Positions 55,346 to 64,000 of a DNA stretch of 64,000 nucleotides are shown in pieces. Positions within the stretch are counted from its first letter, which is position 1. The number at the start of each line of letters is the position of its first letter. The DNA comes from Patescibacteria group bacterium. GTDB taxonomy: Bacteria > Patescibacteriota > Patescibacteriia > UBA10025 > JAHIVO01. Both the position numbers and the translations under genes were made by a program. The notes below the pieces were generated by a model. That model did no database searches and had not been told where the DNA came from. It worked only from the letters and a program-made list of their open reading frames with translations. The stretch is taken from assembly GCA_049325535.1 (NCBI GenBank), contig JBMOKY010000001.1:621942-685941 (forward strand), given 5' to 3'.

Positions 55346-57106
55346 TCACCGAATGGGAAGGGTGAAATAAAAAGTGGTTCCCACTCCCAGTTCTGACACG
55401 ACATACAGCGAACCGTGATGCGCCTCGACGATCCCTTTAGCGATGACCAGACCCAGCCCAGTTCCTTTTTTCTCCTTCTTTTCCGCCTGGGACTGAAACT
55501 GAGTAAACTTATTAAACAATTGCGGTAAATGTTCACGGGCAATGCCCTGCCCCGTATCGGTGACGGCAACAATAACTGCATCCGCACGCACTGCCGGCAT
55601 CGTGTGCGGATCCTTGACGAGCCAGTGTATGCCTGCCGCTTCCGCTTCGCTCTCCACCGCCGCGCCCGAGCTGTGCAGAAATGCCTGTATGATGACACTC
55701 CCTCCACGACCGGTGAATTTGAGGCCATTGGAGATGAGATTGTTCAGTACTTGAGTGATACGATTCGCATCAATCTGAATTTCTGTCGGCAGTTTCGAGT
55801 CCAATTCGGCCCGTAGCGCCAGCCCGGCAGCCGCCGCACTGGGAGCATAAAATGCCACTCGGTCTTTGATGAGACTGGCCAGGCTGGCCGGCGCCCGGTG
55901 GATTTCAAATTTGCCTGCCTCCAATTTTGCCGCGTCCAGCAGGTCATTGACCAGCGTCAACATATTCTCCGTGCTGGTACGAATCAGATCGGTGCGCTCC
56001 TTGAGTTGCTTTATGTCGATTTTACGCTTCTGTTTCTGCATCAACTGAGTCATCATGTAAATGCCATTCAGCGGCGAGCGCAGTTCGTGCACCATCATAG
56101 ACGTAAAATCTTCTCGAATTCGGTCAAGTTCCTTGTCATGAGTGATATCCCGAAAAATGACTGCGCCACCCAATACCTCGTCACTGGTTATACCGCCTGC
56201 GGCTATAACCGGGGCGACAAAAAGCTGGAAGTAGCGGTCACCAATCAAGACATCATCGGTCATATGTACTTTGTGCAATTTGACGCTTTCCTCGAGCTGG
56301 CCCCGTATGTCAAATTTCCCGCCGAGATGATCGATAAAATCAAATATGGTCACTTCTTTTTGCTCAGGTGGAATGCCGACGGCTTTTTTTGCCGCAGGAT
56401 TTACCACTACGATGCGGAAATCATTATCCACCATGACCACCCCTTCGGTCATACTCTCTACCATGGAATTGAGCTTCCGCTGTTCCGTCTGTATCACGTC
56501 CTGTAATCGAGTGACCGCCTGAGACGCCTGTTGGGTAAGTTTATACAAAATCGTCGTTTCTTCCTCGCCGTATCGGTCCTGCGCCGTATCAGCGATGGTG
56601 AGTACCCCAACCACTTTTTCACCGATGACCAGGGGGATATTGAAAAAAGATTGTACCGGAGTCTCCACCTCATCGACGAGGATTGCGCCAGTCATCACTT
56701 CCTCAACCTGAATATGATCAAAACTTTTGTCGAGCAGGGCGCTTAATGATTTGAGCATGCGGTCACGGATATCGCTGATGAATTGCCGTGTGACTGATTT
56801 TTCCAGGTCTACTTTAAAAATAATCTTATCCGGCTGAAGCAGCATATATGACACAGCGCTGTAATCCATAAACTGATGCAGCGATCCGGTAATGATATCT
56901 ATGATATTCTGGACATTCAGCGAATATCCGGTGCGCTCCTGCAACTCTTTCAGGATCGCCAGTTCATACATTCGCCGTTCCATTTTCTGCTCCCGATGCC
57001 GAAGGTCAACCAACTGCCGCCGGCTGCGCCAATACAAAAAAGCTCCTCCGCCCAGAGCCACGGCGGCCAAAACCAAGGTAAGGATATTTGAGCTCCCCAG
57101 TCCCAT
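55346..57106 (-). CDS. sensor histidine kinase with TM anchor and GAF/PAS sensing domains
   Basis: H-box HELRSPLNGI, N-box, G1/G2 boxes (GTGLGLVIAKGIVEAHHG); N-terminal TM; GAF-like and PAS-like segments. Confidence 0.85.
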   Translation of the reverse strand: MGLGSSNILTLVLAAVALGGGAFLYWRSRRQLVDLRHREQKMERRMYELAILKELQERTGYSLNVQNIIDIITGSLHQFMDYSAVSYMLLQPDKIIFKVDLEKSVTRQFISDIRDRMLKSLSALLDKSFDHIQVEEVMTGAILVDEVETPVQSFFNIPLVIGEKVVGVLTIADTAQDRYGEEETTILYKLTQQASQAVTRLQDVIQTEQRKLNSMVESMTEGVVMVDNDFRIVVVNPAAKKAVGIPPEQKEVTIFDFIDHLGGKFDIRGQLEESVKLHKVHMTDDVLIGDRYFQLFVAPVIAAGGITSDEVLGGAVIFRDITHDKELDRIREDFTSMMVHELRSPLNGIYMMTQLMQKQKRKIDIKQLKERTDLIRTSTENMLTLVNDLLDAAKLEAGKFEIHRAPASLASLIKDRVAFYAPSAAAAGLALRAELDSKLPTEIQIDANRITQVLNNLISNGLKFTGRGGSVIIQAFLHSSGAAVESEAEAAGIHWLVKDPHTMPAVRADAVIVAVTDTGQGIAREHLPQLFNKFTQFQSQAEKKEKKGTGLGLVIAKGIVEAHHGSLYVVSELGVGTTFYFTLPIR

Positions 57107-57132
57107 GTGCGGAAATATTGCCTATTGCTTGA

Positions 57133-57480
57133 TTACTTCGCGGATTGACTGCCCCCCGTGAGCTGCTCGGTTTCTTTCCGGGCTGAATGTAACACCCGCA
57201 GACTCCAGACGAACGTGATGAACCACACACCAAATACGACCAGAGAAACCCAAACGCCAGTCTGTTCATCGGCAAACATATAAAAGGTTGCGATAGCGCC
57301 GAGACTGTACATACCGACCAACATGGATATGACCAGCACTTTAGTCACCCGGCCGACCAGCGAACCCTTGAGGAGTTTATACACTTTTCCACCACTGACG
57401 ATGAGATACACGCTGCCGATGACCAAAACAGGCCAGCCAATACCTAAAATTATCGTACGCACCATAGATGTTAATTCCAT
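57133..57480 (-). CDS. hypothetical membrane protein
   Basis: Four TM helices. Confidence 0.4.
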   Translation of the reverse strand: MELTSMVRTIILGIGWPVLVIGSVYLIVSGGKVYKLLKGSLVGRVTKVLVISMLVGMYSLGAIATFYMFADEQTGVWVSLVVFGVWFITFVWSLRVLHSARKETEQLTGGSQSAK

Positions 57481-57512
57481 AAGTCTATTAGAATAATGGA
57501 TTAGGGAAGTGG

Positions 57513-57869
57513 TTATTTGCCCTCGGCAATCGATGGGTATTTGGCAAATACGGAATTCAAAGCGTTCTTGACTATCAATCCCGACAGCTCCACATATTTA
57601 TCAACGAGATCCTGAATTAATTTCTTAGGATCTCCTTCATAATCCGTCACGGTACCGTCATCACTTACCTTAAGTCCGCTGACGCTGCGTGCTTTCAGCA
57701 CGGCAATATCAGGCCCAAGCACAACCGCCTGCTTACCGATAATCTCAGTAAGGAGGGCTTTGTACTGTTCTTTTTCCTCCATGGTTTTGGTGTTAATGAT
57801 AATTTTTTTATTTTCTGTACTAATTATAGCATTTTTTTCGACTTTAAGCAAGGTCGGCAGCCTTTTCAC
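57513..57869 (-). CDS. hypothetical protein
   Basis: 118-aa ORF (likely start MEEKEQ), soluble alpha/beta. Confidence 0.35.
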   Translation of the reverse strand: MKRLPTLLKVEKNAIISTENKKIIINTKTMEEKEQYKALLTEIIGKQAVVLGPDIAVLKARSVSGLKVSDDGTVTDYEGDPKKLIQDLVDKYVELSGLIVKNALNSVFAKYPSIAEGK

Positions 57870-57889
57870 ACGCGCGCCTCGTTCACGAG

Positions 57890-58363
57890 CTATTGCTGAC
57901 GATCTGCCAAATAGTTGTCAATCTGGATGTCTGGAAACAAACGAAACCAGATAGAGTCTTTTTTTGAAAAAAATCCTAACACCGGCAAAAGAAAATCCAC
58001 ATACCGCTGCGCCTGATCTTCACCACGCCACTCGTACACGCCTCCGTATTCCTTGGTCTCCATATTGACCATCCAGAGCTTTACCCGAAAACCCGCCATG
58101 CCCGCCCAAAAAGGGGTAGTCATGATGCACAGCCGCTGAAACAACCAGTGGAGCAATGGCTGCGCCCCAATCGCTTTTAGCCGAAAACCTATAACCACCA
58201 CCACCGGTGGTGCATCAGCCGGCTGTGAATTTTCCGTCTCGCGAAATACTGAAAAATCGCCCCGATGTTCGATGCGGAAAATGTGACCCACGCGTTGCCG
58301 GCGTAGATGCAGGGAGCCGGCAACATTTGGAAAACGAAGCAAAGAATCTATGATATGCGTCAT
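57890..58363 (-). CDS. hypothetical protein
   Basis: 157-aa ORF, no recognised motif. Confidence 0.35.
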   Translation of the reverse strand: MTHIIDSLLRFPNVAGSLHLRRQRVGHIFRIEHRGDFSVFRETENSQPADAPPVVVVIGFRLKAIGAQPLLHWLFQRLCIMTTPFWAGMAGFRVKLWMVNMETKEYGGVYEWRGEDQAQRYVDFLLPVLGFFSKKDSIWFRLFPDIQIDNYLADRQQ

Positions 58364-58854
58364 ACGAGATTGTGCTCATTATCGTTACCGCTGACAACCG
58401 CGTTGCCCCACGCGCGTGCCCGCTCCAATTCTCCATCCTTGAGTGGCCCTTCTTTCCCGGCGACGATAAACCCCTCCGAGCCGGCAGCATTGCCACCCTT
58501 CTGTTTAAGCTGATTGAGGATTTTTTCCCCGGCATATTGAATGGTTTTCATCAGCAGTCGCAATGCAAAATTTTGTTTAGCCTCCTCAAACCGGGTATCA
58601 AATCCGGCAACGACAATCCCCTGCAGCGCCTGATCCGGGATATGCGATAAAAAATCTTGGATTGCTTTTGTCGAACGACCGCCCTGGGTCGGCGAACCGA
58701 CGATCAGCGCGGATACCATTTGCCAATCGATGTCACGAATCGCGGTCACCCGGACCGCGTCCGCTTCCCCAGCTTCACCCGCACCCGTGGCGATCGCCTT
58801 GGCGATGCGCTCAGTATTGCCAAAAGTAGAATCATAAATAACCAGCGTTTTCAT
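58360..58854 (-). CDS. flavodoxin-family protein
   Basis: MKTLVIYDSTFGNTERIA FMN phosphate-binding loop at the N-terminus; start codon directly abuts the NUDIX stop. Confidence 0.7.
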   Translation of the reverse strand: MKTLVIYDSTFGNTERIAKAIATGAGEAGEADAVRVTAIRDIDWQMVSALIVGSPTQGGRSTKAIQDFLSHIPDQALQGIVVAGFDTRFEEAKQNFALRLLMKTIQYAGEKILNQLKQKGGNAAGSEGFIVAGKEGPLKDGELERARAWGNAVVSGNDNEHNLV

Positions 58855-59300
58855 CGGACGGGATCCTCCGGTAGATAAAAGGCTTTTTTGAGGAAACATG
58901 CCACTCCCATCCGACTGGCATCAAAATGCGGCTGGGGTAACTGCCGGGGGTCGACCCACCGCCACTCACTGCATTTTTCGGGCTCTCTGATTACCGGCTC
59001 ACCTCGATGTGACCCGGCCTGCAAAACGACGGAAATATAATGTAGTCCTGACTCCCGGTACGTTTCGAGATTATTAGTTATGGCAATCACGCGCGGTTGG
59101 GATATATCCATGCCGGTTTCTTCTCGTACTTCACGAATGGCCGCCTGTTCAAATGTTTCCCCCATGTCCAGATGTCCACCGGGAATAGAATAATACGGCG
59201 CATGACTGCCGATACGTTTGCCGACCAGGATATTGCCTTCAGCATTTACGATGATGACACCGAGGCCCACCCGAGGACGATTTTTATCAGTACTGATCAT
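58851..59300 (-). CDS. NUDIX hydrolase
   Basis: Nudix box GGHLDMGETFEQAAIREVREETGMD. Confidence 0.8.
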   Translation of the reverse strand: MISTDKNRPRVGLGVIIVNAEGNILVGKRIGSHAPYYSIPGGHLDMGETFEQAAIREVREETGMDISQPRVIAITNNLETYRESGLHYISVVLQAGSHRGEPVIREPEKCSEWRWVDPRQLPQPHFDASRMGVACFLKKAFYLPEDPVR

Positions 59301-59352
59301 GTTCGCAGTATAGCAAAAAATCCAACAAAAACCCACCGGCGTTGTCGATTAT

Positions 59353-59577
59353 TTACTCTGAAAGAATACGCGTTGCCTGATACCCGACAGCCTCAATAGC
59401 AGCGATCAATTGTTCAGGAGTAACGGCGCTCGCCGGTTCCATCTCGATTGTGGTTTGAGCCCGAGCATAGTTCGTGCGGCTGGACACAACCCCAGGTACA
59501 TCCTCCAGCGCGTCGTCGATGTTCATGGCACAGCTCGTACAGTGCATGCCACGTATGTTCAGGGTAATTGTGGTCAT
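59353..59577 (-). CDS. copZ: heavy-metal-associated copper chaperone (CopZ-like)
   Basis: 74-aa ferredoxin-like HMA fold with metal-binding GMHCTSC. Confidence 0.8.
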   Translation of the reverse strand: MTTITLNIRGMHCTSCAMNIDDALEDVPGVVSSRTNYARAQTTIEMEPASAVTPEQLIAAIEAVGYQATRILSE

Positions 59578-59590
59578 AAGGTATCAGAGG

Positions 59591-60652
59591 CTATAAGACT
59601 TCCATCACTCCGGAATACATGCCCATGGAACAAGCAAAGGTGTATTTACCTGGCTTGGTCGGGGTAAAGGTAAAGGTTTGGGAGTCGGTCGGCTTGAGCG
59701 TGGTGCTGATTCCGAATTCTCGAAAAGTGAACGCTGATGCGCAAGTGTACACGTCATCGGTCATCAGCGTCAGTGCAACCGGTATACCTGCGCGTACCGA
59801 AATCCGATTGGGTATGTACCCCCGATCTTCCACATTGATCGTCACCCGCTGAAGCTGTTCAGCGCTCATCGGCCCCGAAGTATCGAGCGGTACCGACACC
59901 ACCGGAGTTGCATCGCGCGTCAGGGACTGGGTCATTTTCTGCCAGGAAATAGGGGCATCCAGGACAAGCAAAACACCATTGGCACTATACAAAAACATGA
60001 AGACGAGCAGGGCAGCGGCTGCCTTCAGAAATTTTGATCGCCAGGCTTCGGACAATTTTGCGGTAACTATTCCGACCAGGCTAAAAACTGGCGCCGTACC
60101 GAGAACAAATGTTGCCATGATCAGAGCGCCGGACAGGGCATTGCCGCTGGAAATGGCCAGTATCTCCATAGCCTGCGTAACCCCACAGGGCACCAGGATA
60201 GTCAAAAATCCGACTACCGCCGGGGCGAACCACGACGTGCCACGGGTCGACCGGCGCACCCACCGCTGCATAAACCGCGGTGGCTGAAAGCTCATAAAGC
60301 GAAATATGGGATGAACCTGAAGCAGATTGAGCGCGGTGGCGAGCATAAAAAGAGCGGCGATAATTTGGAACGTGATGCGCATCCCCAGGCTGAAGGTTAG
60401 CACCGATCCGATCGCGCCCAATGCGGCGCCAAACAGCGTATGCGATACTAATTTCGCTCCGAGGAATATGACAACTGGCAGCCAGTCTTCCCGATCAAAC
60501 GACCGTGCACTGAGCGAAGGATTACCGGGATTCTCATTTAGATCTTTTCCTTTCTGATTGGCAATCACCGAGGCCAGCAGGCCTCCTTGCATCGCCACGC
60601 ATGACAACCCCCCGGTGGTCAAGCCTGTGATAAAAATAAACCAAAGGTTCAT
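59591..60652 (-). CDS. CcdA/DsbD-like membrane domain fused to a C-terminal cupredoxin_1 domain
   Basis: TM1 GGLSCV and TM4 VPCG cysteines in the CcdA arrangement; C-terminus FTFTPTKPGKYTFACSMGMYSGVMEV matches the cupredoxin_1 pattern (F.C.MGMH.G). Confidence 0.6.
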   Translation of the reverse strand: MNLWFIFITGLTTGGLSCVAMQGGLLASVIANQKGKDLNENPGNPSLSARSFDREDWLPVVIFLGAKLVSHTLFGAALGAIGSVLTFSLGMRITFQIIAALFMLATALNLLQVHPIFRFMSFQPPRFMQRWVRRSTRGTSWFAPAVVGFLTILVPCGVTQAMEILAISSGNALSGALIMATFVLGTAPVFSLVGIVTAKLSEAWRSKFLKAAAALLVFMFLYSANGVLLVLDAPISWQKMTQSLTRDATPVVSVPLDTSGPMSAEQLQRVTINVEDRGYIPNRISVRAGIPVALTLMTDDVYTCASAFTFREFGISTTLKPTDSQTFTFTPTKPGKYTFACSMGMYSGVMEVL

Positions 60653-60658
60653 AGCTCG

Positions 60659-62878
60659 TTATGATAATTTCTTAGCACCGCGTTTTAAGAGCAGCGAATT
60701 TGTCACTACCGATACACTGGAAAAAGCCATGGCTGCGCCAGCGAGCTCGGGTCGGAGTTGCCAGCCAAAAATGGGGAAAAAAATGCCAGCCGCGATGGGA
60801 ATCCCAGCCACGTTATACACCAGTGCCCAAAAAAGATTTTGCACAATCTTACGAAACGTCTTGCGGGACAGTCTAATGCCACGAGCCACATCCCGTAAAT
60901 CATTTTTGACGAGGACTATTTGCCCTGTTTCCAGAGCGACATCGGTACCCGAACCAATGGCAATCCCCAGATCGGCCTGGGCCAGGGCTGGTGCGTCATT
61001 GATGCCATCCCCCACAAAAGCAACGTTCTTCCCGATCGACTGTAATTGCTCGACCTGATAGGATTTCTCATGCGGCAGCACCTCTGCCAGGACGTGCGTG
61101 ATTCCCACCTGGCCAGCGATGGCAGTAGCGGTTTGTGTATTATCTCCGGTAATCATAACTACTTCGATCTTCATTTTTTTGAGTTGAGCCACAGCAGCAG
61201 CTGACGTTTCTTTGACCGTGTCCGCAACTGCGATACACCCCGTCAGTTTTTTATTCTGTGCCAACAGCATGACAGTCTTGCCACCCAGTTCCATTTTCTC
61301 AATATGGGGAGCTAAGCCAGCAATGTCAATTCCTTCATCGATCATTAATGTTTTATTGCCCAGTAGAGTATCGACCCCACCAACGATTCCCCGCACTCCA
61401 TGTCCGGGAATCGCAGCAAAATCGGTGACGTGATACAATGCCATGTTTAGCGCCTCCGCATGCTTGACGATAGCCTCAGCCAATGGATGTTCGGACTGTT
61501 TTTCTATCGATGCCGCCACGGCAATCACCATCTGCTCGTCATTTCCCGGGGTGACACGCACATCGGTGACAGTCGGTTTTCCATTTGTCAGAGTGCCTGT
61601 CTTATCAAATATCACTGTGTCAATTTTCCGCGCTGCCTCGAGCGCCTCGCCACCTTTGATCAAAATACCCCTACTCGCCCCCAACCCAGTACCGGTGATA
61701 ATGGCCGTCGGCGTAGCCAAACCGAGCGCGCACGGACAGGCTATCACCAATACCGCAACAAACGCCATCAGACTCGGGACAAATTGCTGACCAGCCAGGA
61801 AATACCACGAAATAAATGTAATCAACGATATAGCAATAACGGTAGGCACAAAATACGCTGATACCCGATCGGCAAACCGCTGGATAGGCGCTTTTGATGC
61901 TTGCGCCTGTTCTACCAAACGTATGATACCGGATAAAAGAGTATCCTTGCCAACTTTTGTAGCTATATACGTAAACGACCCATGCGTATTGATCGTACCG
62001 CCGATGACGACATCGTTTGGATTTTTTTCGATGGGAATACTTTCACCCGTAACCATAGATTCATCGACTGACGAATGACCTTCCTCAACCGTGCCATCAA
62101 CCGGAATCTTCGCGCCCGGTTTCACCCGGATCACATCTCCTACCTGCACCTGATCCATAGAGATTTCCTGCTCGACGCCATCACGAATAACAATTGCTGT
62201 TTTCGGCGCCAACCCCATCAGTTTTTTTACGGCTTCGTTGGTTTTGCCTTTAGCCCGCGCTTCAAGCCATTTGCCCAGCAGAACAAAAGCAATCAAGATG
62301 CTGCCGATTTCAAAATATACCTCACCCTCGATCAGTCCGACGACTACTACGACCGAATACCCATAGGCAGCCGAGGTGCCCAAGGCAATCAAGCTGTCCA
62401 TATTGGCGGTGCGGGAGCGCAGCGCATCCCATGAGCCACGATAAAATTGCCACCCTGACCAAAATTGGATCGGCGTGGCAAAGAGGAACTGCAGCCAGCC
62501 GCGATACGGTATCATTTCAATTCCCGGGATGATAAGCATGCCCATACTCAAAATCAGCACAGGAATGGCGAGCCCCAAACTTATCCAAAATGTACGACGG
62601 ATTTTTTTTATTTCCGCCTCCTTATCCATGGACTCAGTATTGTGCCCACGATCGAGCACGCTCCCCTGGTAGCCCGCCGCCACTACCGCTTTGATCAATT
62701 GGTCGGTTGTTACCGTGTCTGATGCATACGAGACATGGGCTCGTTCAGTCCCATAATTAACCACCGCCCGTTCGACTCCCGGCACTTTTCGCAAACGACG
62801 CTCAATTAACTGAGCACAGCTGGCGCAGTGCATGCCACCCAGTGAAATAATTTTTTCTTGAGTCATAGGGTTCAGCAT
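60659..62878 (-). CDS. copA: copper-translocating P1B-type ATPase CopA; start trimmed to MLNPMTQ
   Basis: N-terminal HMA (GMHCASC), CPC metal-translocation motif ([10 protein letters not shown]), [15 protein letters not shown]. Confidence 0.9.
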   Translation of the reverse strand: MLNPMTQEKIISLGGMHCASCAQLIERRLRKVPGVERAVVNYGTERAHVSYASDTVTTDQLIKAVVAAGYQGSVLDRGHNTESMDKEAEIKKIRRTFWISLGLAIPVLILSMGMLIIPGIEMIPYRGWLQFLFATPIQFWSGWQFYRGSWDALRSRTANMDSLIALGTSAAYGYSVVVVVGLIEGEVYFEIGSILIAFVLLGKWLEARAKGKTNEAVKKLMGLAPKTAIVIRDGVEQEISMDQVQVGDVIRVKPGAKIPVDGTVEEGHSSVDESMVTGESIPIEKNPNDVVIGGTINTHGSFTYIATKVGKDTLLSGIIRLVEQAQASKAPIQRFADRVSAYFVPTVIAISLITFISWYFLAGQQFVPSLMAFVAVLVIACPCALGLATPTAIITGTGLGASRGILIKGGEALEAARKIDTVIFDKTGTLTNGKPTVTDVRVTPGNDEQMVIAVAASIEKQSEHPLAEAIVKHAEALNMALYHVTDFAAIPGHGVRGIVGGVDTLLGNKTLMIDEGIDIAGLAPHIEKMELGGKTVMLLAQNKKLTGCIAVADTVKETSAAAVAQLKKMKIEVVMITGDNTQTATAIAGQVGITHVLAEVLPHEKSYQVEQLQSIGKNVAFVGDGINDAPALAQADLGIAIGSGTDVALETGQIVLVKNDLRDVARGIRLSRKTFRKIVQNLFWALVYNVAGIPIAAGIFFPIFGWQLRPELAGAAMAFSSVSVVTNSLLLKRGAKKLS

Positions 62879-62882
62879 ACGA

Positions 62883-63257
62883 TCATTCGTTGACGATAAT
62901 TTTCCCCTGGTACATACCCATATCACAGGTGAAGGATATTTCACCCTTTTCTTTCGGCGTGAAATCGACATCCGTCATAGCGAACGGTTTTAAGTCTTTG
63001 CGGATCCCTAGTCCGTCAAACGTCACAAATCGTGAGCACTCGGCGTCCTCCTGCCGATTGAAATGAATGCGTAATGGCACGCCAGACTGCACCGTAATCT
63101 CATTTGGATCATATGCCCCTTTAACCAATATGGTAATTTCTTGGATGGCACCCTTTATTTCTGCGCGCTCCTGACGACGCTGGAATCTGAGCCAGAGCCA
63201 AAATACCCCGATGACCAGGATTATCAGCAACGTGCCTATCATTTGGCGAGTGTCCAT
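62883..63257 (-). CDS. membrane-anchored cupredoxin_1 domain protein
   Basis: N-terminal TM then [18 protein letters not shown]-terminal cupredoxin_1 signature; 4 nt upstream of copA. Confidence 0.65.
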   Translation of the reverse strand: MDTRQMIGTLLIILVIGVFWLWLRFQRRQERAEIKGAIQEITILVKGAYDPNEITVQSGVPLRIHFNRQEDAECSRFVTFDGLGIRKDLKPFAMTDVDFTPKEKGEISFTCDMGMYQGKIIVNE

Positions 63258-63263
63258 GGATAA

Positions 63264-63746
63264 TTATTGAGTTACTATATATTTTTCCGGATGTTCAACA
63301 AATGACGCATGGCACCCTGACGCACAAAAGTAATAGGTCGAACGACGGTATTGCGCAGACCACCCTGCCGTCTGTGGAGATATCGTCATGCCGCATACGG
63401 GGTCTGTCACGTGGGGTATAGGGACACGCTCCCGAGAAACTATCCGGGGAGCCCTGATTTTCTTGCGATCAACCAAAATATGCTGCACATCGTCGAGTGC
63501 GCGGATGATGCGCGGATGCGACAGGCAGTACGTGATTTCCTTACCCGCACGTCGGGGTACCACCACGGCGTAGCGACGAAGTACTTGGAGATGTTGACTC
63601 ACGTTTGCCTGCGCCATACCAGTCATACGCCGGATCTCCTCCACCCGCAAACACTGGCTGCGCAATAGATTGACTATTTCCAAGCGCTTGGAGCTGGCGA
63701 GTGCCTTAAATAACTGGCTATGAGGTTGAAAATGGGTTGGTGACAT
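63264..63746 (-). CDS. ArsR/SmtB-family metalloregulator with C-terminal TRASH/YHS metal-binding domain; start at MSPTHF
   Basis: wHTH (RVEEIRRMTGMAQANVSQHLQVLRR) plus C-terminal DPVCGM...YYFCASGCHASF. Confidence 0.7.
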   Translation of the reverse strand: MSPTHFQPHSQLFKALASSKRLEIVNLLRSQCLRVEEIRRMTGMAQANVSQHLQVLRRYAVVVPRRAGKEITYCLSHPRIIRALDDVQHILVDRKKIRAPRIVSRERVPIPHVTDPVCGMTISPQTAGWSAQYRRSTYYFCASGCHASFVEHPEKYIVTQ

Positions 63747-63918
63747 ATTCAATATTATGAATATATAATAAACCCTTTCATTTTGCGTGTCAAATCCCCC
63801 GCTCTCCTGAAGGATTGAGCAGGTATGCAAATACAGAGCCGCGCGCATCGTACCGACTTTCTCATCCATTCGTCCTGCACGAAAGGTGCAGGACTGCGCT
63901 CCTTATTTGGGAAGCTCA

Positions 63919-63994
63919 TGGCGGGGGTGCAAGGATTCGAACCCTGACTTGCGGTTTTGGAGACCGCCGTGCTAGCCATTGACACTACACCCCC
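63919..63994 (-). tRNA. tRNA-Trp (anticodon CCA), CCA encoded
   Basis: GGGGGTG acceptor, anticodon loop CUCCAAA, T-arm CAGGGTTCGAATCCTTG, 3' GCCA. Confidence 0.85.
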
Positions 63995-64000
63995 TCGGTT

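Noticed and set aside
63755-63985. 76-aa minus-strand track ORF at the window end
   Set aside because: It overlaps the tRNA-Trp gene and the ArsR promoter region; no SD.
1-64000. CRISPR arrays, rRNA genes, integrase, transposase or prophage genes
   Set aside because: Searched by eye for regularly spaced direct repeats, rRNA-like conserved stretches and integrase or transposase motifs; none found. The only DNA repeat is the intragenic 2 x 135 bp duplication at 19793-20062.

Overview
Dense chromosomal window of about 80 genes, mostly on the minus strand. No rRNA, CRISPR array, integrase or transposase was seen. Gene content (many type IV pilin-like genes, huge surface proteins, many lineage-specific secreted or membrane hypotheticals) fits a small-genome, possibly CPR/Patescibacteria-like bacterium, but the taxonomy is uncertain. 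Recognisable content: class Ia ribonucleotide reductase nrdAB; tRNA-Gln plus an adjacent tRNA-like minihelix fragment, tRNA-Gly, tRNA-Thr and tRNA-Trp; FtsEX and a MacB-like ABC pair; an RlpA(DPBB)-DacA fusion; a PpiC foldase, FtsB-like protein and ABC-2 transporter operon; DinB; two ECF sigma/anti-sigma pairs; GreA; DUF47-PiT phosphate uptake; SpoU methylase; AlkD; a PGRP amidase; RpiB; CobW-like GTPase; MFS transporters; peroxiredoxin; AI-2E transporter; CapA; a NERD protein; a histidine kinase with two receiver-only regulators; flavodoxin; NUDIX; and a copper-resistance island (ArsR-TRASH regulator, cupredoxins, CopA, CcdA-cupredoxin fusion, CopZ) next to tRNA-Trp. The most unusual element is a minimal two-subunit [NiFe]-hydrogenase at 13.9-15.8 kb with no partner subunits nearby. 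Its large subunit carries group 1-3-type motifs, while its short small subunit has a NuoB/group-4-like tandem-Cys motif. A convergent maturation protease is co-transcribed with an unrecognised 269-aa protein. Other notable items: a cluster of four type IV pilin-like genes, one fused to an LVIVD beta-propeller; a 1202-aa beta-helix/Fn3/Cys-repeat/FG-GAP surface protein; a promoter-leader-terminator unit in front of a tiny gene; and two unannotated small ORFs that each have a Shine-Dalgarno site and an intrinsic terminator. All calls rest on motif recognition by eye; no database searches were run.
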